From contig DATDPY010000125.1 in NCBI GenBank assembly GCA_035292565.1, forward strand, positions 1 to 34,067: a DNA stretch of 34,067 nucleotides, written 5' to 3'. Of the stretch, positions 26,465 to 33,884 are shown in pieces; the first letter of the stretch is position 1, and each line of letters opens with the position of its first letter. Source of the DNA: Cyclobacteriaceae bacterium (GTDB taxonomy: Bacteria; Bacteroidota; Bacteroidia; Cytophagales; Cyclobacteriaceae). Below the pieces are notes generated by a model. The model made no database searches. It was not told the DNA's origin and saw nothing but the letters and a program-made list of their open reading frames with translations. The translations under genes and the position numbers were made by a program.

Positions 26465-27244
26465 ATGAAGAAATTTATCAATTTTTCGCTTGCTGTTACT
26501 GCTGTAATGGCTGTTTTACTTGCCTGGTCATGCAAACCTTCAGCAACCAAGGAGACCGCATCCGATACTCCCTTGGTCAATGCCCTCACACCTGAAGAAG
26601 AAGCTGCCGGCTGGGAATTGTTATTCGACGGAAGCACCCTCGATGGATGGAAAAGATTTAATCATGATACCATAGGTCCGTTATGGAGAGTTGAAGACAG
26701 TTGTATCATCGTTCAGGGCGAAGGTCTTGGCGAAGGCAGCGGCGTATGGGGAGGATCACTGATCACCCTGAAACAATACGGGAACTTCGAGCTGGTATGC
26801 GACTTCAAGGTTTCCCCCGGCGGAAACAGCGGCATATTATACCATGTGGTCGAAGGCGCCCAGTACTCCCACGATTATGTGACCGGCCCCGAGTACCAGG
26901 TAATGGATGATAAAGGATGGACGGGCGACAGCCTTCATGCAGCCCAAACTGTCGGCTCTAATTATGATATGTTCGCCGCACCTGTTACCAAAATAACCAA
27001 GCCTGTCGGCGAATGGAATTTGGCAAAGATCATCTACAACAACGGTCATGTCGAACACTGGCTGAACGGTGAGAAAACGGTTGAGTTCGAGGAAGGAAGT
27101 CCCGCCTATAATGAGGCATTTGAGAAGAGTAAATGGAATGGGACAGAATATCCCGACTGGAATAAATTCAAAACAGGTTCCATCAGCCTGCAGGACCACG
27201 GGGCTCCTATCTGGTTCAGAAATATCAAAGTAAGGGAACTATAA
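26465..27244 (+). CDS. DUF1080 (3-keto-disaccharide hydrolase-like, concanavalin fold) protein, lipoprotein/secreted
   Basis: MKKFINFSLAVTAVMAVLLAWSC signal/lipobox. DUF1080 blocks LFDGSTLDGWK, GNFELVCDFKVSPGGNSGILY, GEWNLAKIIYNNGHVEHWLNG and SISLQDHGAPIWFRNIKVREL. Confidence 0.85.
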   Translation: MKKFINFSLAVTAVMAVLLAWSCKPSATKETASDTPLVNALTPEEEAAGWELLFDGSTLDGWKRFNHDTIGPLWRVEDSCIIVQGEGLGEGSGVWGGSLITLKQYGNFELVCDFKVSPGGNSGILYHVVEGAQYSHDYVTGPEYQVMDDKGWTGDSLHAAQTVGSNYDMFAAPVTKITKPVGEWNLAKIIYNNGHVEHWLNGEKTVEFEEGSPAYNEAFEKSKWNGTEYPDWNKFKTGSISLQDHGAPIWFRNIKVREL

Positions 27245-27266
27245 GGTTTACAGACCTCTTATATTG

Positions 27267-27301
27267 AACTGCCGCGGACAAATTGTTCCGGCAGTTTTTT
27301 T
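27267..27301 (+). terminator. Rho-independent terminator after the DUF1080 gene
   Basis: AACTGCCG (27267-27274) pairs perfectly with CGGCAGTT (27289-27296) and is followed by a 7-T run (27295-27301). It lies 23 nt after the stop codon. Confidence 0.7.
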
Positions 27302-27437
27302 ATAAATATTCGATTTAAACACCCATCAATCTCACGAAGTGGACTCCGATGGAGGTGTAGAAATCTTTTTCCCCTTCAGAGTCTCCCGCCGGGCTGGGTG
27401 CGTACGCGCCGGGGACTCTGATGACCAGAAAGAAATT

Positions 27438-28214
27438 CTATAGAATAACTGATTTCCCCATTCTCCAAGTAAGTACTTCCTGCAAAGGCTTACTTACAAA
27501 GATTGACATATCAGCATTTGGAAAATAATATATTTTAACAATATCTGGATTACTGTTTGAAACTCTAAGCTCTTCAAAATTACCTAACTTCTCTATGAAT
27601 AAATCTTTATCCCAATGAGTTCCTACTACCACATTATTCATTACCCAGGATTGCTTCAAATCTAAACTCTTTTTCTCCTCAGCAGATCCAAATTCAGTTG
27701 AAAGACTTATATCGTATGTATCACTTATAACTGATTTTATGCCTTTTGATATCGCATTTCCATCATTTGCTCCCCATCTTGGGTAAAATGTAACTTCCGC
27801 TTCATAATCTCCACTTGGTAATTCGAATGTATTGATATCAAATTTAAAGGCATAAGGTGTCATATCAACCCGAATTTTTTTGTCGGCACCAATATATATA
27901 TCTTCTGGTTTCTGATTTTTTAAATTAATACTAGCCATCATTTCGACAGGTAATGGAATATTTGTCTCAATTGTATATTCTACAGTATTTGCACTAACAA
28001 CAACAGCTTTTACTTCGATCTTTAGATTTGAAGGTAATGTATTTCGAGCCCTCGGAATTACTGCTACTGAGTCTTTTTTAACTATTGGTCTTTGTTCATC
28101 AATATTTGATGTGTCCAAATCCTTACCCGAGCTTAACGAATTAATCTCTTTGGGAGATTTTGAGGAGCATGAGAACATTACAGCTATTGTGGCTATAAAA
28201 AATAATTTATCCAT
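27438..28214 (-). CDS. Orphan lipoprotein of unknown function (AT-rich island gene 1)
   Basis: I trimmed the start to M at 28214, giving MDKLFFIATIAVMFSCSSK (lipobox). The body is beta-rich, I recognise no motif, and the codon usage is very AT-rich. Confidence 0.65.
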   Translation of the reverse strand: MDKLFFIATIAVMFSCSSKSPKEINSLSSGKDLDTSNIDEQRPIVKKDSVAVIPRARNTLPSNLKIEVKAVVVSANTVEYTIETNIPLPVEMMASINLKNQKPEDIYIGADKKIRVDMTPYAFKFDINTFELPSGDYEAEVTFYPRWGANDGNAISKGIKSVISDTYDISLSTEFGSAEEKKSLDLKQSWVMNNVVVGTHWDKDLFIEKLGNFEELRVSNSNPDIVKIYYFPNADMSIFVSKPLQEVLTWRMGKSVIL

Positions 28215-28506
28215 TATATTATTGTCGAAAATAAAAATAACAAAAAATATGTTAAACTGTAATGGACATTCACTAAAAAATACAAATAATTCTTCAATAA
28301 CCATGAGCCAACTAACTATACTTATCATAACTATCGCATCAGGGTTTCGCGAGGGTGGACTCTCATGGGAGAAAAGTAATAAACCTGATGAAGCAACCTT
28401 GATTTTACATAAAGAATTATCGCTAAAATTACTATATCTTTTTCGACATGTTACTGAATATACATTAAATTTACTAACCCTTTAACCCAACGCTTTTGAC
28501 GATGTA

Positions 28507-29238
28507 ATGAGAAAGCTTACTGTTTTATTAATTATTGCTATTTTGATTTTGATTCCGAGTGTTTTATTTATTATTAATTTTAAAAATCAAATTATTTCTG
28601 ATGATATAACTGATTGGTCAGCATTTGGCACATATTTCGCCGGAACGGTTGGCACACTTATTACAATCCTCGCGATTTTAATTGTATATGTGACATTTTT
28701 AAATCAAAAAGAACAACAATTCGAAAATAGATATAATCAACTTTTAAACTCGTATTCAACTCATCTCAACTTAATACATGAAAAATGGTTAATGTTTCCA
28801 ACGCCTGTTGAATACCTTACAGGTAGGGAAATATTTGGATGTGCAGCTAATTATTTCTATCACGAAAACCCAGTTAAAAATAATTATGAAGAAAGGTTTA
28901 ATAAAATGCATCAAACACATATAAATGTATTTGGAAGTTATATTAATTTTTTATTGGAAGTTATTGATACAATTAAGAAGCGCTCTAACCTGGATAAGAC
29001 CACATCAGATTATTACTTACAGAGATTTAGTTTCACTATGTCGTTTTATGAGTTAGTATATTTTGGGTATTATTCGTTATATCATCTAAAGAGTAAAGAA
29101 AAAGAATTATTTAATACGATTTTAAGAAATTTTCTTTTTAGAATTAATATTGATTATTCAACAGAATTGCAACATCGAGAGGTAGCATTATATTTAAAAG
29201 AAAAATTGTTCTCACCGCAGAAAAAGATTAATACTTAA
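28507..29238 (+). CDS. AbiC-like putative abortive-infection membrane protein (putAbiC architecture; island gene 2)
   Basis: Two N-terminal TM helices separated by DWSAFGTYFAGTVGTL, then Q..EQQFENRYNQLLNSY. This matches the remembered putAbiC pattern (FGD.FGG..., then Q....QFE..FF.LL). The C-terminal domain is soluble and alpha-helical. Confidence 0.55.
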   Translation: MRKLTVLLIIAILILIPSVLFIINFKNQIISDDITDWSAFGTYFAGTVGTLITILAILIVYVTFLNQKEQQFENRYNQLLNSYSTHLNLIHEKWLMFPTPVEYLTGREIFGCAANYFYHENPVKNNYEERFNKMHQTHINVFGSYINFLLEVIDTIKKRSNLDKTTSDYYLQRFSFTMSFYELVYFGYYSLYHLKSKEKELFNTILRNFLFRINIDYSTELQHREVALYLKEKLFSPQKKINT

Positions 29239-29322
29239 TCCTCCTATTAAAAAAAAGTATAATTTATATAACAGAAATTCAGAAAACCTTTTCCTCCTTT
29301 GTGTTATTTAAAATTAACGACG

Positions 29323-29886
29323 ATGGACTTCAAAAAACATTTAATACAAGCCTATTTAGGGATAGACTTTACCGCTCAATTTATTGCAATGAAAAAAAGT
29401 TTACCTAATACAAGCTTAGAAGATTTCTATCAAGCTTGGCAAAGAAAAAACGGGATATCTCCGATTCAAGATAAAAATGAAATCTTTACACCTGGGTTAT
29501 TCTTAGGTTATTTATATGTAGCTGTCGTTTTGTTTCAACAAAGCAATGAAGATAAGATTCCAAATACACCAATTAATAAATTAGATAAAACCCTTTGGGG
29601 TAATATATATATTAATTCCAAAATAAATTCTGGAAAAAATAAGCAATGGAAACAATTTAATTGGAATTCTATTAATGAAACAACCATAAAATATATTATT
29701 AGAAGAATTAGAAATTCTTTATCACATTTTAATTTCATAATAGATGATGACTGGTACTTCACCTTTTATGATGATCCTGATAAGAATAATAAATATGAAA
29801 AATCCGAAATATCTATTAAATTTTCATTTGATGATTTAGCATTTAAATTTTTACCTACCTTGAATAGTTTTTTAATGAACGAGTAA
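29323..29886 (+). CDS. Small HEPN-like protein with an Rx4H motif (putative RNase; island gene 3)
   Basis: IIRRIRNSLSHFNF contains RNSLSH (nt 29710-29727), the canonical HEPN R-N-x3-H catalytic signature. The protein is ~187 aa from the ATG at 29323 (the track start at 29299 is TTG). Its size is typical of stand-alone Abi-type HEPN proteins. Confidence 0.55.
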   Translation: MDFKKHLIQAYLGIDFTAQFIAMKKSLPNTSLEDFYQAWQRKNGISPIQDKNEIFTPGLFLGYLYVAVVLFQQSNEDKIPNTPINKLDKTLWGNIYINSKINSGKNKQWKQFNWNSINETTIKYIIRRIRNSLSHFNFIIDDDWYFTFYDDPDKNNKYEKSEISIKFSFDDLAFKFLPTLNSFLMNE

Positions 29887-30045
29887 TAAACGTCACAAAA
29901 CATGTCGGTATGGCCAATTCCTAAATCTTATTTCTTGATTTCTTCCGAAATTCTTTCTAGTTTCTGTTCCAGAATAATGATTGACCATTTATATCCGGTA
30001 ACGGCTTTATCGACCTACCATTGGCTGTAATAGTTCCATAAGGAG

Positions 30046-30681
30046 ATGAGTTACCTTAATAGAGTATTAAAATGGATATGGGAAGGAAAGTATTTATACA
30101 TACTTATTATCCTTTTATTATTGGTATTATTAGCAGACAATATATGTATCGACGGACTCGGAACGGCTGATAATATTCGAATTTATGGATTACTTCTACA
30201 ATTGACAGGCGCAATGATAATTGTATACTCATTAAAGGAAAAACTAATTTTATTCAAAGGACATGGTCTTGGAACATTTCTACTAAATTATTTTAAAACA
30301 TTCCCTAAAACAGAAAAGAAACGAATTTTAGAAACGAAGGGTAATATAAAAGGATCCTCAATTGTGTCAGGGAATGCAAGAGTTCTGAAGAGACCAATTG
30401 AAGACCTTAAAGACATCATTCGATACTTTGATGAGGAAATTCAATTTCTGCATAAACAACTAATGAAGACAAAGGCAGAATTGAAAAATGACATTACGAC
30501 AGTAAAAACAAACTTAGATGAAGTAAGAAAAAGGTTAGGAAAACAAATAGAAGATACACAACAATTAATTTCGGACTCAACAATATCAAATGTATGGGTT
30601 GACTTATTTGGGATTTCAATTATTTTTATTGGACTAATATATGGAACGATTCCTGATCTTGTAGAGAAGATAATTTGGTGA
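30046..30681 (+). CDS. 3-TM membrane protein with a central coiled coil (island gene 4), function unknown
   Basis: TM helices at about residues 17-31 (YLYILIILLLLVLLA), 44-63 (IRIYGLLLQLTGAMIIVYSL) and 183-203 (VWVDLFGISIIFIGLIYGTI). A heptad-like charged segment lies between them (IEDLKDIIRYFDEEIQFLHKQLMKTKAELKNDITTVKTNLDEVRKRLGKQIEDTQQL). Confidence 0.6.
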   Translation: MSYLNRVLKWIWEGKYLYILIILLLLVLLADNICIDGLGTADNIRIYGLLLQLTGAMIIVYSLKEKLILFKGHGLGTFLLNYFKTFPKTEKKRILETKGNIKGSSIVSGNARVLKRPIEDLKDIIRYFDEEIQFLHKQLMKTKAELKNDITTVKTNLDEVRKRLGKQIEDTQQLISDSTISNVWVDLFGISIIFIGLIYGTIPDLVEKIIW

Positions 30682-30888
30682 AATACTTTTATAGCCAACA
30701 CGCTGACGATTATGGGAAAATGATTATTCGATATTCTTAATAAAAGTATTAAATTGAATAAAAGTTAAATATGATTTGGAGAATAATGTGGTAGTCGTAT
30801 TTCCCCCTATCAGAATCTCTACCATGCCCTCTGTCGATCCAAAAATCTTTCCTATCTTTCCGGATCTTAATTTCATAAACCAAATGCT

Positions 30889-31815
30889 TTGATCATGAAC
30901 TCCCCCCTCCAAAGAAGAAAATTCATCAAATCCCTGGCGGCCCTGCCCGCGGCGGCGGCCCTTTCTTCACTGCCGCGTTCCGCCGGATCCATGCCAGCGG
31001 TTGCAAACGCGAATCCCTCCCGATGCGGACTGAAAATCGGTCTGAATGCTTTTTCATTTAACGACCTGCTCCTCGGCGGCAAAATGACCATCGATGAGGT
31101 ATTGGATTACTGTGCAGAACAATGCATCGATGCCGTCGACCTCACCGGGTATTATTTCCCCGGATATCCGGCTGTTCCACCCGATGAATACATATATCAT
31201 GTCCGCAAAAAAGCCTTCCGGCTCGGCCTCGAGATCAGCGGCACCGGCGTCAGGAATAATTTCACGGAATCCGACGAAGGCAAAAGACGGGCGGATATTA
31301 GCCTGATCAAATACTGGATCGAAGTCGCAGCCAAGCTCGGCGCCCCGGTCATCCGGGTCTTCGCCGGTGAGCCATCTACGGACCAATTTGACTGGGACCA
31401 GGTTGCGAAAAGAATGGCGGGAGAACTGAAGGAGTGCGTCGGATACGGCAAAGCTCACGGGGTGGTGGTGGCCATACAGAATCATAATGATTTCATCCGC
31501 ACAGCGGCACAGGTAAAAAAAATCATGGCCCTGGTGGATTCCGAATGGCTCGGCCTTCACCTCGATATTGGGAGTTACCGCGAAGGCGACCCCTACGAGG
31601 AGATCAGGGCTTCGGTTTCCTATGCCGTTAACTGGCAGATCAAGGAAAACGTATATTTCAACGGAAAAGAAGTGCCGACCGACTTCGACAGACTGACCGG
31701 CATCATCCGGTCTTCATCTTACCGGGGCTACCTCCCCCTCGAAACCCTCGGGCCGGGCAATCCGAAAATTAAACTGGCGGCGATGCTGGAAAAACTGAGA
31801 AATGCATTAAATTAA
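30889..31815 (+). CDS. Sugar phosphate isomerase/epimerase (xylose-isomerase-like TIM barrel) with a Tat signal
   Basis: Twin-arginine leader QRRKFIKSLAALPAAAALS. TIM-barrel blocks (GLNAFSF, IEVAAKLGAPVIRVFAG, VVVAIQNHNDF, LGLHLDIGS, YRGYLPLE). Confidence 0.8.
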   Translation: MIMNSPLQRRKFIKSLAALPAAAALSSLPRSAGSMPAVANANPSRCGLKIGLNAFSFNDLLLGGKMTIDEVLDYCAEQCIDAVDLTGYYFPGYPAVPPDEYIYHVRKKAFRLGLEISGTGVRNNFTESDEGKRRADISLIKYWIEVAAKLGAPVIRVFAGEPSTDQFDWDQVAKRMAGELKECVGYGKAHGVVVAIQNHNDFIRTAAQVKKIMALVDSEWLGLHLDIGSYREGDPYEEIRASVSYAVNWQIKENVYFNGKEVPTDFDRLTGIIRSSSYRGYLPLETLGPGNPKIKLAAMLEKLRNALN

Positions 31816-31833
31816 TCTGCGTAAATTTTTTTA

Positions 31834-33552
31834 ATGATGAAAGCAGCGCTGCATCGATGTTTCTTTTATCCGGTTCTCTTTTTATTCATACCCTTATTTC
31901 CATCCTGCACCGATCAACCGAACGTTGAAAATCCGCGGCCCAACATTCTCTGGATCGTTGTTGAAGACATATCTCCCTATATCGGAGCCTATGGAAATCC
32001 GGAAGTGAAAACTCCCAATATCGACCGCCTCGCATCCGAAGGCGTGAGGTATACAAATGTACACACCACCGCCGGCGTATGCGCCCCCAGCCGATCCGCC
32101 ATCATTACGGGAATGTATCCCATGTCGATCGGCACCCAGCACATGCGTACGCTCGGGGATTCCAAATACTCGGGAGTTCCGCGGTATTCTGCAGTGATTC
32201 CGGAAGATGTAAAATGCTTTCCCGAATACTTGCGCCTGGAGGGATATTATTGCACCAACAATGAAAAGCAGGACTACCAGTTCGAAGCCCCGGTAACCGT
32301 CTGGGATGTGAACGGCCCTACAGCTTCGTGGAGGAACCGGCTGGATGGAAAGCCTTTCTTTTCGATATTCAATTTTTCAGTCACGCATGAATCCCAGTTG
32401 TTCAGCAGGCTCGATGACAGCCTCACCGTTGATCCGGCAAAGGTTACCGTTCCCCCGATTTTACCGGACACTAAAACAACCAGGATTGACATCGCCAGGC
32501 TTTATACCAACATCGAAATCATGGACAGCCAGGTCGGGGAAATCATCGACAAGCTGAAAGAGGACGGGCTGTATGACAACACCATCATCATCTTCTACAG
32601 CGATAACGGAGGCGCCATTCCCTGGACGAAGAGGGAAATCACGGAACGTGGAACCCATATCCCGTTCATTGTCCGTTTTCCGAATGCAACGAACGCCGGG
32701 ACCACCAACGATGAACTGGTCAGCGCGGTTGATTTCGCACCGACGATGCTTTCCCTGGCCGGGATAAAAATTCCGGAATACATGCAGGGCCAGGCCTTCC
32801 TCGGGGAACAAAAATCCGCCACGCCCCGGAAATATGTTTTTGCCGCCCGCGACAGGATGGATACTGAAACAGACAGGGTAAGGTCGGTGACCGACGGAAG
32901 ATACAGGTATGTCTATAATTATATGCCGGAGAAGCCTTTTTACCAGGATATTCAATACAGGATCAGCATACCCGGCATGCAGGAAATCCTTTCGATGAAG
33001 GAAGAAGGAACCTTAAACCCGGTGACGATGACCTGGTTCAACACCAAGCCCGTCGAAGAACTTTATGACGAAGTGAACGATCCGTGGGACCTGAAAAACC
33101 TCGCCGGCGATTCCGCTTACCGGGAAAAACTGAATGAACTCAGGACCGCATTCCAGGAATGGACCAGCACTGTGGGCGACCTGTCTGAAAAATCCGAACA
33201 GGAAATGATTCGCAGGATGTGGAACGGAAAAGACCGGGCTCCCGCAACTGAGCTTCCGGAAATTCAGCGGATGAACAACGGCGTGAAGATCACCTGCCGG
33301 ACCACCGGAGCTTCCATAGGGTACCGGATAATCAATGTCGCACAACCCGATGCTGTCAGGATGGAGCCGGAGATGTCGTGGGACTTCGGCGTAATGAACA
33401 GGCCGGAACTTAAAGGCAGGGATTTGCCCGTGAAACCATCCTGGAATTTATACCGGGAAGGTGAAACGATCAGCCTTCACCGGGGCGATACGTTAAAAAT
33501 AAATGCTATGCGCATCGGCTATCTGCCGGCTGTGATGGATTTTGTTTTTTAG
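31834..33552 (+). CDS. Formylglycine-dependent sulfatase (arylsulfatase family), lipoprotein/secreted
   Basis: CAPSRSAIITG (CxPSR formylglycine motif), NILWIVVEDISP metal-site block, lipobox FPSC, and IIIFYSDNGG. Confidence 0.9.
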   Translation: MMKAALHRCFFYPVLFLFIPLFPSCTDQPNVENPRPNILWIVVEDISPYIGAYGNPEVKTPNIDRLASEGVRYTNVHTTAGVCAPSRSAIITGMYPMSIGTQHMRTLGDSKYSGVPRYSAVIPEDVKCFPEYLRLEGYYCTNNEKQDYQFEAPVTVWDVNGPTASWRNRLDGKPFFSIFNFSVTHESQLFSRLDDSLTVDPAKVTVPPILPDTKTTRIDIARLYTNIEIMDSQVGEIIDKLKEDGLYDNTIIIFYSDNGGAIPWTKREITERGTHIPFIVRFPNATNAGTTNDELVSAVDFAPTMLSLAGIKIPEYMQGQAFLGEQKSATPRKYVFAARDRMDTETDRVRSVTDGRYRYVYNYMPEKPFYQDIQYRISIPGMQEILSMKEEGTLNPVTMTWFNTKPVEELYDEVNDPWDLKNLAGDSAYREKLNELRTAFQEWTSTVGDLSEKSEQEMIRRMWNGKDRAPATELPEIQRMNNGVKITCRTTGASIGYRIINVAQPDAVRMEPEMSWDFGVMNRPELKGRDLPVKPSWNLYREGETISLHRGDTLKINAMRIGYLPAVMDFVF

Positions 33553-33609
33553 TTTCAGTTCCAGGACTTAATACGTATAATTTTTTTATCTTTATCGTAA
33601 AGAATCATT

Positions 33610-33876
33610 ATGGATTCCAAAATAACGTTGTCCTTCAATTCAGATATTATCAAGAAAGCGAAAAAGTTTGCTGAAATAAAAAATATCAGCCTTTCCCGTC
33701 TCACGGAGTTTTTATACAGGCAGATCGTTTCCGGAAATTATCATAGCCTCGAGGATTTCCCAATAGGTGATTGGATAAATAAATTATCGGATGGGGAAGC
33801 CGTATACCGGGTAAAGCCACGAACCAGAAAATCAATGAAAAAGGAATATCTCCGTGGAAAACACCATCTCCGGTAA
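33610..33876 (+). CDS. DUF6364-like small antitoxin candidate
   Basis: MDSKITLSFNSDIIKKAKKFAEIKNISLSRLTEFLYRQI resembles the RHH-like N-terminus of Bacteroidota DUF6364 proteins (family name from memory). It ends 8 nt before a PIN ORF. Confidence 0.55.
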   Translation: MDSKITLSFNSDIIKKAKKFAEIKNISLSRLTEFLYRQIVSGNYHSLEDFPIGDWINKLSDGEAVYRVKPRTRKSMKKEYLRGKHHLR

Positions 33877-33884
33877 AACTCAGG

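Noticed and set aside
27377-27420. GC-rich hairpin CAGAGTC...GACTCTG downstream of the lipoprotein gene, considered as its terminator
   Set aside because: No T-tract follows it on either strand, so I cannot call it a canonical intrinsic terminator. It may belong to the host flank or to a repeat.
28111-28485. 124-aa plus-strand ORF in the island
   Set aside because: It overlaps the 5' end of the lipoprotein gene in antisense and then runs through the divergent promoter spacer. It has a low-complexity AT-driven composition and no motif.
29887-30045. Possible gene remnant on the minus strand (VDKAVTGYKWSIIILEQKLERISEEIKK-stop)
   Set aside because: Only ~28 codons are open, there is no start and no recognisable family, so this is insufficient to call a pseudogene.
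30724-31091. Two short minus-strand ORFs (62 and 72 aa) at the right island border
   Set aside because: One lies in the AT-rich spacer, and the other is antisense to the Tat signal region of the TIM-barrel gene. They are most likely chance ORFs.
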